Assembly: GCA_038496445.1 (NCBI GenBank)
Contig: JALMLS010000484.1
Span: 124,001 to 188,000 of the forward strand
Length of the DNA stretch: 64,000 bases
Reading direction: 5' to 3'
Origin: Trichosphaerium sp. ATCC 40318
Lineage: Eukaryota; Protista; Tubulinea
The notes under the pieces are model-generated. The model was not told where the DNA came from, did not search any database, and saw nothing but the letters and a program-made list of their open reading frames with translations. Position numbers and translations under genes: made by a program. Below, piece by piece: positions 12,302-23,805 of this stretch (its first letter is position 1; each line of letters opens with the position of its first letter).

Positions 12302-14235
12302 ATGATTGTTGTCTGGACGTTCCTAGCATTGATCTTTACTTACGCTATTGTCCTTTTCTACAGGCTGTACGGGAGTAAGGTCATTGGATACGTCAAACAA
12401 TTTTTGTGGTTCCAAGGCGTACCTATTCATCCTTCGTTTAAAAATGTTCAATGGAGGTTGTTGCGACACCCAAAGCATTTTGCTAATAGAATCACATTAT
12501 GGCCAAAGACACGTGATAACAAGAATGCTAAGATTGTTAAAATGAACCTTCAGGGTCAAGTTGTTTTGGGTATTTCCGATCCTGCTTATGCAAAGCAACT
12601 TCTTATTCATGAAAACATACCAAAATCAATGCTAATGTACAAAAACGTGCGTAGAATATCTTGACTTTCGAAAAAAAATATTGAAGATTGTCACTTCGGT
12701 TTTGTTCTTATTCTTTTTCTGCGATTTATGATTGTTTGATTAAATGATTGTATAGTTTGTTACACTTCTTGGTGTTGGTTTAGTTTCGTTGCAGACAAAT
12801 GATACATGGAAAACGAGACGAAGACTTTTGACACCTGTTTTTCATTTTAAGTCGTTAACAGCAATGTTGCCTACAATCACTGACATTACACAACAGTGCA
12901 TTGAGGATCTTTGTGCTAAAGTAGATAAATCCAACGGAATGCTTGATATACAACCTAAAGAAGAGACTGCTTTCATGACAATGAGGATGATTGTTGCTTT
13001 AGTATTTGGTGAAGACTTCGATGCCAAGTTCATGACTGTTACTTTTAAAAAACTCATTGACGAGTTTGGTATGTTTATGCTTCTCCAGACTGTCTTTTGT
13101 GGACTATGGGATCACACGTGCGTAAATTCAGTCACTGGTGTTATTTGACATTAACGCCTATAAGGCCGTTCCGACAAGTACGTGCTGAGTTGCATTTAAA
13201 AGTGGGAGAAGCAATCAAAAGAAGAAAGAAAAATCTAAGCAGCACGAAACATCAAGACTTAATAACGTTAATGTTGAAAGCACAAAAGGAATATCCAGAT
13301 ATTCTCACTGATGACGTTGTACTTGATGAATCATTATTGTTCTTCTTTGCTGGACATGATACAGTACGTCAACAAAAACCCAAACAAAAAGAGAACAACT
13401 TAACAAGAGTTGTTAAGTTTGCTTCTATCCTAGACAGCAATAACGCTTGCATGGTCTCTGTATATTATGTCAAGATACCCCAGCGTTCAAGAAAAGCTAT
13501 TAGCAGAAGTTAATAGACTTATACGTACGTACAAGCAATTGATTGAACATGAGAGCCATCTAACATAAAGAACAGCAGGTGACTCTACAATAGCTACGAA
13601 ACAACAACTAAATGATTTTGTGTACACGAAAGCATTCATTAAGTACGTCAAACAACTAGACTATTAGTTTCTCAGAACAATATATCCTTCATTTATGACT
13701 TTATAGAGAAACACTGAGGCTGTTCTCTCCAGCAAATGTTTTACCACGTGTTATCGGAAAAGATGTTAAAGTAGGAGATATTCTATTACCCGCTGGCCAG
13801 AATGTGTTGATTGCACACTCTTTAATAATGAGGAATTCGCGTGTATGGCAAGTCGCATTGTTGTATATCGGCGTATTAAATGTGTTGTTATTAGGGAGCG
13901 CCCTGAGAAGTTTGATCCAGCTCGGTTTTTAGATTCTAAAGCAGGAGATAAGTTTGGGTGGATGCCTTTCTCAGCGGGATCGTAATTGTATTGGTAAACA
14001 ATTGGCCCTTATGGAGCTTGTGGTTACTATTTCGGCTTTGGTAAAGAGATTTGAAGTCTCAAAACCGCCTGGTACGTGACTACCTAATTGTGTGTTTCAT
14101 TTGCTTTTAATAGTATCTAACGGCGTGCCTTTAGATCAAAACGAAGATCCAATGAACGTCAATGATACCTATAGTGGAATGTTCCTTGTAGAGCCTAACC
14201 CTGATCTATCTGTTGTACTGAAAAACAGACAATAA
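12302..14235 (+). CDS. Cytochrome P450 (CYP4-clan-like) with a 2-nt frame defect in the heme-binding motif
   Basis: WKTRRRLLTPVFH, FFAGHDT, K|ETLR, W-ERPEKFDPARF, and PFSAG..RNCIG broken at 13980-13985. Confidence 0.9.
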
Positions 14236-14378
14236 ACTGTTGTTTTTTCAAAACAACACGGACTACGAAAACGGTCCATGACTTTAAAGTTGGATATCTC
14301 TTGTTTTAATTCTGTTTTCCGGAACACGTGTTCAAAATAAATGCTGTTTATTTATAAAGTTCTGCAACGTATCAATTA

Positions 14379-14933
14379 CTAATTATCACATGTTGCAGGA
14401 GTTCGGACAATACAAGGATATGCCTAAAGTAAAGTGTATTAGCGAACAAGTAGGTTTGAAAAATGTAGCGTACCACTTCGTGTTGTATTAGACAATTCTC
14501 ATAAAATGCGTCACAATTTGGACTTATAGGAGGAGAAACACAATGAGTATCCCACCAAGCACCACCTATTGCTTGGTTAAAAAACCCGAGATGCAGAACA
14601 CGTGATGATTGGTTTTTTTTTAGCAGTTTGTTATTTTGCGGGCCACTGCACTTGTCATAGTTAAATTAAACGTACATGACTCCAATCCACATGTTGTAAA
14701 GACTCTCTGGCAAAAAGCGCACTTTGTTAGTACGCAAGGCCTAGCAGTACCTTTGCCTTGTAGTTAGACTCCAAACTGTATCAATAACAAAATTAAATAC
14801 CTTTACAACATGGTGTGTGAGGATCTCTGGTGCTACAGAAAGCATGGGAGCAAGTATCTACTGTAGGATTTGCCAATACACTGTAACAGAGCACAAGAGC
14901 GAATAAAGCGAAAACAAGAGGTGATGCAGTCAT
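14379..14933 (-). CDS. Secreted Cys-rich peptide, copy A (4 exons, 14 mature Cys)
   Basis: Spliced: MTASPLVFALFALVLCYSVLA-NPTVDTCSHAFCSTRDPHTPCCKGKGTARPCVLTKCAFCQRVFTTCGLESCGAWWDTHCVSPPISPNCDAFYENCLIQHEVAYPCIVRTPATCDN*. Three GT-AG introns at the same positions and phases as copy B. Confidence 0.85.
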
Positions 14934-15880
14934 TGGGATGCGCAAGAGACTTTGTGAATGGTTTCAATTTTCTGTCCACCTTTTTTTCGTTGTTTTCTAA
15001 AGCATACTTCGAAGTTTACAATACTCTCAGCACTACCAAGGCGCAGATAGTTGATGCGTTGCTCACCTCATTAAATGATGTTCCATGAAAACTGCAAATG
15101 CTACAACGTCCTGCAGTAAGCGAACAACTTTGGTTTTGTGTATTGTTGTAAGCGAACAGCTTTGGTTTATAGCAGTCGAGGATATCGTGTTGTTCTGGTC
15201 GCTCGCCTTACGCAAAAAAAAAATCAAACAAACGTTGAGAAATACCGCTGTGATCCTTTATATTCTTCCTGGCGTTGTCTGGTACTGTTAGAAGCGTTCT
15301 TGCTATCAATGTCGGCACCAGTGCACTAAAAATACACGTTCAAATAAAGCGTTTTAATACCGAACACAAATAAATTGGCATTCAACATTGCGGAGATATA
15401 GCTTGTAAGGTTCGATCTGTGTGTAGCCGCACATCATTCTTGTCAGTTTCGTGGTTTTTAACCAAACACGTGATAAAGGCTAAAAAACGTGCTTATCACG
15501 TTTACGTTAGGCTAAAGACCGTATTCCGAGTTTTATTATGGTCGTTGTACGCGAGGAGAAGCTATGTTGAGCTACCGTTAATCCCTGAATGCTGAGCTTC
15601 AGCAATACGACAATACACAAAACCAAAGTTGTTCGCTTACTGCAGGACGTTGTAGCATTTGCAGTTTTCATGGAACATCATTTAATGAGGTGAGCAACGC
15701 ATCAACTATCTGCGCCTTGGTAGTGCTGAGAGTATTGTAAACTTCGAAGTATGCTTTAGAAAACAACGAAAAAAACAGGTGGACAGAAAATTAAAACCAT
15801 TCACAAAGTCTCTTGCGCATCCCAATGACTGCATCACCTCTTGTTTTCGCTTTATTCGCTCTCATACTCTGTTACAGCGT
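14875..15880. repeat. Long inverted repeat: arms ~14875-15150 and ~15606-15880, spacer ~455 nt
   Basis: The arms are near-identical reverse complements, e.g. gcatacttcgaagtttacaatactctcagcactaccaagg / ccttggtagtgctgagagtattgtaaacttcgaagtatgc. Confidence 0.95.
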
Positions 15881-16357
15881 ATTAGGAGTGTCTGTATGCA
15901 GTCATAACTTCTGTAAGCATAACAAACCTCACACACCATGTTACAAACGTATGCATTAAATACACTCATACAATACACTAACTAACCCCTTCCATAGCCG
16001 GAACTAGCCAAATTACAAAGTGTGCTTTCTGCAAGAGAGTCTTTACAACATGTGGCTTAGAGAATTGTACGTATAAACATTATATCTATTCTTTAGCAAA
16101 GAGGAAAATCACGTGTTTGGATTTTGTCAAACTTTTTTTTTCTTTGTACCTGTGTTTGTTTAACATGGTTGTAGGTGGTTCGTTCAGGACCTACTGTAGA
16201 CAAGAAATTACACATCTAGATTGCGATGCTTATTACGAAATTTGTCTAGATCATGATGAAGTGGTATGCTAATACAATCTTATTTTAGTCTTTTTGTTAA
16301 CGATGGTGTTAGGCCTTTACTTGTGTTGTCAGAAACCCACCAACTTGCAATAAGTGA
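15825..16357 (+). CDS. Secreted Cys-rich peptide, copy B (4 exons, 12 mature Cys)
   Basis: Spliced: MTASPLVFALFALILCYSVLG-VSVCSHNFCKHNKPHTPCYKPGTSQITKCAFCKRVFTTCGLENCGSFRTYCRQEITHLDCDAYYEICLDHDEVAFTCVVRNPPTCNK*. Introns 15949-15997, 16067-16174 and ~16264-16312. Confidence 0.85.
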
Positions 16358-16660
16358 TGTTTCTATAGTTTGTGATTAAATTGTTTGATTAAGAATATCG
16401 ATATTAACATAACATTACACGCAATCAATAAAACTGATTCTTAACCAGTTTTGCATTTTACTTTCAAAAACATAAAAAAGTATCGTTCACGTGTTGTCAG
16501 CTTGATGCCAAGTTTTCACTATTAGTACTAACAACATCGCTTTGCGTTCAACTATCGTTTAACCTCGTCTAGAAAACCCAGTGCTGCAGGACTGAATACA
16601 CTTGCTAGTTGCTATTTATAAAAATCGATTTTAACGTTTGAAGGTAGTTGTTTATTCCAT

Positions 16661-19600
16661 TTATATATTTACATTAAACAACCTCACTGATCCATCAGTA
16701 CTACAAGAAGCTAGCTGTATGCCATCTTTTTCATTATTCCTCCAAATCAGCTTCTGAACAGTTGCAACATGACATAATCTTAAAAATCAGTCAAAAAAAA
16801 AAGAAAGAGAAGACGTCAAAAAAAACACAAAAAAAAAAAATTACATAGGTTTTGTTTCAAAGTTTAACTTGGCCGTGCAGTATGAAAGTTTGTCTTTTTT
16901 AGCGCAACGTATTATACATTAATATACAAATACTAAAATACGAGCGTTGACGGACGATACCCAAACGAAGAAAGAAAGGGGAAAAAAAACCTTCAGATTT
17001 TTGATTACGTACGGTTTTGGAACTTCAACCAACATCTCAGCTGCTACTGGAGCCTTTTCGTCATCTTTCAAAGAAATGGTATAAACTATTATACTACCAT
17101 TCTCCAATCCAACTGCAATCAGATATTTCTCATTGACTTTGTTGTAATACCAAGAAACACTTGTGCAAGCGCTCTAAAAAAAATCACGTGTTAAAGATTA
17201 TTTTTTAAATGACAAGAATCATGTTCACAAGAGCCACCAACAATTTTTTGGTGAAAATTTAGGATTATAACATGTTAAATAGGAGTATTACTTTTAGATT
17301 ATTATGTACCTTAAATTTTATAGCCAATACAGGTACGAAAGTAAGTGCTTTTCCGTCATTGATAGATTTTTTCCAAATCTTTACTGTTTTATCTCTTGAA
17401 GCTGTTGCGATATATGTGTTACAAGGAGACCATGATCCACTCCAAATAATACGAGCATGAGCTTTTACTTTTTTGAATACAAGAGAATACATTGAGTCAT
17501 CTCCCTACATGACAATAAGAAACACGAAGAACACAGAGGAAACCAAGTTTAAAAAAAATCAAACACAAACCTTTTTCCAAACGCAAAAAGCGCGATCTCT
17601 TGACACTGATAGCAAATACTCATCATCTGAAGAGAACTCAAGTCCAACTACAGTTAGTGTATGACCACTCCCTTCTGTTTCTCCAATAGCACTTCTATTA
17701 GACATGTTCCAAAGTCGGATCTTTGCAACTTTTTCTGTTTTGGCAACACAAGCTGAAGCCAAAACCTTTCCAGAAGTTGATGTTGCCAACGCATACACTT
17801 GATCACCATGACCGTATAACTTTTCAATTTCAGCCCATAATGTACGTTGTTTTAGTTGATCTTCAACAGGAGGTTTTTCAAGAACGAGAGGGGCGTGACC
17901 TTTAAGAAAAGTAAGCAATTATGTCTTCTTATATGTCCAAGAAAGTACCTTCAAACTCTTCCAAATCGAAAGTTTGCTTCTTCATAGCTTGTGCTTCAGC
18001 TTTTTGAGTTCCAGCACTTTGAAATACTGGTTTATTAGATAAACCAAGTGAAGGAGTATTAGCAGAATAAGCACGTGCAGCAGTACTCTACGAAAAGAAT
18101 AAGAAAAACATGTTTCCAAAAAATCAAGTGGCTTGCCTCTTCCGCTTCCTTTGTCTTTATCCCAGCAAGGTTATCAATACTTTTAACAAATGTAATAGGT
18201 GCTTCGAACACCCTTATAACCTTTTCTTCTGCTGCGCTAACAAAAGTATGTTGTACTTTATTCACAAAAGCAATAGCACGCAAATCATGTCCATGAACCT
18301 TCATTTTGTCATTAACAAAACTTCCTGCCAACTAGTTTCGCAGAAAACTTTTCACGTACTTCTGGTCTACCTGCTTCTAAGAATTTTCCAGTCTCAGAGC
18401 TCTTAGCAAATAACCTTGCTGTTTGATCTTTACTAACAGAAACAAGATAAGACTTTGTTGGATCCCAAGCGACATCAGTTACACTTTCAAAATGACCTGT
18501 AGGAGCTGCAGTTGGTTCCCAAGTACTTTCGGTCTTAAGCCATAAATGAAAGGACCCATTATCTCCCTAAATTGATAATTAAGAGGTTTGAAGTGAACAG
18601 AAGCATCATATATGTAAGTTATATATGGGTACAACCACAAAAAAAGAAAATAAAGTTAACATACTTGAGCAATAATTTTATCGCAGCACGGAGAACATTG
18701 TGCGCCATGAAATCCTAGTCTATTCCCGCCTACTTCTCCAACGCGTACAGTTTCTATCCATATGCCAGAATCACTATCCTGTGTCCACATAATAACAGAT
18801 TTATCCATACTTGAAGACAAAAGGACCAAGGTGTCTAAAAGCAAAAAAAAATAAACAAAGCAGTAGATGTCAAAAATTTACCTTCATCTTTCTTCGGCCT
18901 TCCCCAGTGAACAGATGACACCCATTGTGCGTGCCCAACTAGTACAGATTCTAATGTAATAGCTACTGTATGATTTCCAACTTTAAACTTATCTTGGTTG
19001 CCTATCATACCAACACCACTTGTTTACAAATATTAGTGGAGTTGTGGATATTTCTCTGTTGACCGTACGTCTCTAAACCAGCTTTAAGAGAATCAAGCTG
19101 CTCTGCAAATGTTGAAAATGAAGCTTTCTCTTCAGCCAAATCTTCTTTAACATGACTAACACGCCCTACACATATCACGTGTCAGTAAACTTTCGATTTA
19201 AATCAAAGGTTAATTGAAAAAAAAAAAGAACTCATACAAAGTCTGATGCGTCTATCTTGTCCACACGAAGCCAAAAGTCCTACAGTCCCTTTGGATATCA
19301 TAATATAATCTAAATCCTTTATCCAATCTTCATGACCTTTAAGAGTTGTGACAGTAGTATACGACTAAAACAAAAACAAATAAGCAATTCGAAATCAAAA
19401 GTTCAAAAAAACAAAATGAATAGTGCGTCATTTGAGGTACCTTTAGATCATCTGAAGGGCATAGAATTTCCATATGAGATAGTAAATTACCAATAGCAAC
19501 GAATGGTTTATTAATTGGTGAAGGTAGCATCGCGATTTTGACCGAATTTGGCATTGCTTTCATAGAAAACAGCTTTTCGAAAACTTTTACGAATTTATCT

Positions 19601-20156
19601 CCTTCCCAGTTGAAAACTGTCAATTTACCGCTAGTATCAATTGCAGCGATATGTATTGTATCGTTTGAATCGTTTCTAACAGCAGAAAGACCTGTTACAA
19701 CACCGTCCAGCTTCAGTTTTTGCTGGATTGTCCACTAAGAGCGCTGTATGTTAGTTTTGAGCCTTACCAAGCGTGTGTACCTTTGTAGAATCAACGCACA
19801 GCTCTTTTGCTGTTGAACTCCATATTAACACCGTCTTATCGGTACTGGCGGATACTATAAGCGATTGCGAGTTGTCTTGTATAAAAATAAGGTGATTGGT
19901 CGCCGTCTGTTTAATTTACCTTTTTTATGTATCCATTCTACTTGATTTACGCGATTAGTGTGCCCTGGAAGCGTTGCAACATTATTCGTCTTTAATTTCA
20001 TTAAAATCATAATAATACGCGTCTATGCACCTTAGTATTCCATAAACCAACGAAATTATGAGCAGCGAATGCTACTAAATCTCCTTTGCCCCAACGAATG
20101 CAATGTGCCAAACGATTTACACCAACACTAACAAATTCAAGCGAGCAATTCGCCAT
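16661..20156 (-). CDS. ELP2: Elongator complex protein 2 (WD40), multi-exon
   Basis: Characteristic motifs [70 protein letters not shown]. Confidence 0.93.
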
Positions 20157-20871
20157 TGTAATTGTTTTAACCAACAATAAACGGGACAACACAATTTCGG
20201 GATTAGTCTACAAAATTCCTTTGAATAGAATTCTGTAGAGCAAGACCAGTACCATGCGCACGTACCCTTCCCTACAAACTCTACGGACTCTTTTCTTCTT
20301 TGAACACAAAGTAAACGACAGCTTCTTATTCTAAGTAAAATACAAGAAAGACTGAAAAGACAAATCAGCTTTTGTTTGTGTTTGACCGGAACTAATGCCA
20401 TTTTGTAGTGTCAAAAGCAAGTGTTTCACGATGATTTGTGAGCACAAATAACACTAGGCTACGCAAACTAGCTTGTTGATGTATCCTTGTACTTTGTACT
20501 AATATGAGTTAGTCACGTGCTTGCTATTAATTTCTGAAAAGTAGACTGTGTCCTTTCAAGCCAACTCTGCGTGTTGAGGTTAAGGTAATCAGAAATAAAC
20601 GCAACCCTAAATATACTTCTCGCTCGAGAATTGTTAACAAACTGGCGAATGCAACTTTGCGAGCTTTCTGCCTGATGCGATGAAGAATAGTTAAAACTGG
20701 TAAAATAAGAATCAGTTTTATTGATTGTAGTGTTCAACGAATCATTGTTGCAATTGTTTTACTTCTTCACGCAGTTTCTTGTTCAGTTTCTCATACACGA
20801 GGTTAGATTGCTTCCATACAATTGATCATCAGGTACACTAACTCTTGTGCATTAGTTCTCATTGACCGTAG

Positions 20872-22170
20872 CTAATGTATTTCCTTACGTCCCCTCTTGT
20901 ACTCCCCTTCCTGTTTACCCAAAACAAATTTGCCCTGCAGACACAATTTCCCATTCTTATCCCAGTTTTTGTGTATTCCATCTCGTTTATCGTTGATGTA
21001 ATTGCACTGTTCACACAACTTGCCATTGCTATGCCATATCTTGTACTCTCCTTCTTTTTTACCATTGATACTATTGAACTGCTCCTCAACTTGGCCGTTT
21101 TTGTACCATGTGTTGTACATCCCGTGTTGTATGCCATTGACATACTGAACACACTTCTTCAATTGGCCATTGTAATACCACTCATTGAACTCTCCTTCTT
21201 TTTTATTTTTGACATATTTGCACTGTTCACATAATTGACCATTGCTGTACCACCTCTTGAACTCTCCTTCGTTTTGGCCATTGATATAATTAAACTCATT
21301 CCTCACTTGGCCATTATTATGCCAGGTTTTGTGCTCTCCATGTAGTGTACCGTTTGTGTAAGTGCACTTTAAAAGCAATTGGCCAGATTCAAGCCACTCC
21401 ATAAACTCTCCATCTTTGACACCACTATTGTAACAATATTGGTATTGTAATTGACCATTGCTGTACCAACGTTTGCACTCACCATGTTGTTTCCCATTTA
21501 TGTAATATTCTTTCTTTACTTGACCATCGCTGTACCAATACTTGCACTCACCATGTTGTTTCCCATTAACGTAATTATCATGTTGCCTTAATTCGCCATT
21601 GCTGTACCAATGCTTGCACTCACCATGTCGTTTCCCATTAACATAATTATCACGTTGCTTCAATTGGCCATTTTTAAACCACATGATGTACTTTCCATCT
21701 CGCTTACCATCAACATAATGGCACTGCTCATTTAATTGGCCATTGTCATGCCAAGCTCTATATTCCCCAATTTGTATACCATTTACATAATTGCGGTGAT
21801 CATATAACTGACCATTGTAATACCAACGCTTGCACTCTCCATGTTTTTTCCCATTGAGAAAACTAAAATGCCGTTTCATTTGGCCATTCTTATCCCATTT
21901 CTTGTACTCATGTTGAACACCATGGTTCCAATACACCTCACAAAAAAGCCTGTTATTTATTCTTCTTTGCCATTTTCCATGCTTTTTCATCTCCCCATCA
22001 AACCTGAGCGTCATTGCCGTCTGTTTAGATAGTAATGGCCAAATACAATTTATTTCCCGGGATAGGTCCAAATCGATAATATCAAGCTGAATCTCAACTG
22101 GGAGGCTCAATAGATGGCAGTCATCCGATTTTACACTGCGCTGCTCTTTATTCCTTTGTATACGCTCCAT
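20872..22170 (-). CDS. Intronless protein: F-box-like N-terminus plus ~14 MORN-variant (YwqK-like) repeats
   Basis: LLSLPVEIQLDII followed by 24-aa repeats GExKxWYxNGQLxxxxxYxNG. Confidence 0.88.
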   Translation of the reverse strand: MERIQRNKEQRSVKSDDCHLLSLPVEIQLDIIDLDLSREINCIWPLLSKQTAMTLRFDGEMKKHGKWQRRINNRLFCEVYWNHGVQHEYKKWDKNGQMKRHFSFLNGKKHGECKRWYYNGQLYDHRNYVNGIQIGEYRAWHDNGQLNEQCHYVDGKRDGKYIMWFKNGQLKQRDNYVNGKRHGECKHWYSNGELRQHDNYVNGKQHGECKYWYSDGQVKKEYYINGKQHGECKRWYSNGQLQYQYCYNSGVKDGEFMEWLESGQLLLKCTYTNGTLHGEHKTWHNNGQVRNEFNYINGQNEGEFKRWYSNGQLCEQCKYVKNKKEGEFNEWYYNGQLKKCVQYVNGIQHGMYNTWYKNGQVEEQFNSINGKKEGEYKIWHSNGKLCEQCNYINDKRDGIHKNWDKNGKLCLQGKFVLGKQEGEYKRGRKEIH

Positions 22171-22837
22171 CTAACAACCAACAGTTACTATCGTGTATCA
22201 ATGATTACTGTGATGTTCTAATACGACACTTTTGGCTTAAACCGCTTCAATACGTAGCAATCTTTGTTGCCTACCAGCAGGCTCAGCTTAGTTAGCAAGC
22301 GTTTACTTTGGTTGACAGTCAATCCTTCATACTTTCTCCAAAAGTAAAGGGTTTTTTCCACGGGACAAGACAAAAAAACACGTGAACAATTAATGAGAGT
22401 GGTCTACAAAACTTGCTCCAGGCGTAGTGTAGAGTAATATCGTAAGCAGGGAGTTAAGTTAACATACCTTCGTTGTAGGTCAAGTTGACTGTCGAATTAT
22501 TGCCCATTACTTTTGCTGACCCAAATAGCACTGATCTGTTGTTATTGCTGTCAACTCTTCACTAAAAACGCAGCATAACACTGACTTGGTACGTTTCGTT
22601 TAAATGATGCGTGTTGGAACAACGAGAGTGTCAACCAAACAAACCTTTATCCAAAATCGCAAAAAGACTTTGATTTAAACACCTATACGCTAAGAAAAAG
22701 CGTTCAACGTCTACACAGCAAAAGTTATCGCCAATGAAGTGCTAACTTCCTTAAAAGGGTTATAACGCTCAAAGAAGAATTACCAAACGTTGAGGAGAGC
22801 ATTCAAACGACTAAACAACCGAAAACCGAAAACCAAA

Positions 22838-23402
22838 ATGTCAAAAGTGTCATCTGTCGAACTAAGGCATTCAAATCCTTCACTTGGACCCCATAATAAA
22901 CCCGTAAGCATCACGCTATCTAACACGAAGGAACATCAAAAGGAGTTCTCAAGTTTGATGAGCAAAACAACACTTAACGGCGTTTGTAGGTAAGTCCGTA
23001 TTTTTTATTTTTTCATTGAAAAAAGGTGAACTTACTGTCTTTACTGACACTTTTTTCCTCGGTTATAGTTTGGAGAAATATGCCGCTGAGAAGATGTCCG
23101 GTAATGAAAAGATAGTTGAAAAGGTGAATAAAGCCGTCTCAAAGGGCAGTTTGAACTGTGGACAGACAATCTCAACTTTTACTATTTTCTTCGAGGATGA
23201 AACGTCAATTAAAGTCCATGACTTGCGTGTCATGAAACTTGAAGGATATTATTCAGAGTTTGTTAAATATTTGGTGAAGAATGGAAAGCGTCGTGAGGAA
23301 TCTTTTGGACTGGGAGGTCCGCCTACACTAAAGAAGAAACCAGTAAAGAAAAAAAAAAGTACCAGAAAAAAAACAACAAAAGAAAAAAGAACCAAAAAGT
23401 AA
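22838..23402 (+). CDS. Hypothetical protein with Lys-rich tail (2 exons)
   Basis: ATG at 22838 in aaaATG context; intron gtaagt...tatag (~22989-23068) joins ORFs 22790 and 23016. Confidence 0.6.
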
Positions 23403-23805
23403 ACTATTGTACTGCTCTCTTACGATACTTATGTATTTGAATATCAATAAAATATCCATATATATAAAACATTAGTAACAACTGTTATTTAAACAAAACC
23501 TGGAAAGGCAACATTGTGTCATTGTCCTTCGAGTAATTTTTATATTCAAACATTTCTTACTAATACAGTCCTATTCGTTCAAATCCTACTTCTTTTTTCC
23601 CTCGGACAGAATGAGCTTATAAAATGAACATTTTCAACTAGTAGGAAAAAAATATAGACTTTGAACGACTAGAACTGTACTTCCTTCACTAACACTTCCC
23701 ACACGAAGTCAACTAAATCAAAGTGTATGTCGGGTTTCATTTAAAACAGGGATATTTTTTGGACAAGAGCATACATATATGTGTTGCTGTTTCAATCAAC
23801 AAATG

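Noticed and set aside
780-14010. Euplotes-style programmed frameshifting at internal stops
   Set aside because: Only two cases with no shared slippery context; indel error or pseudogenisation explains both.
14870-15329. ORF-track ORFs within the inverted repeat
   Set aside because: They are antisense or promoter-spanning frames of the spliced Cys-rich peptide genes.
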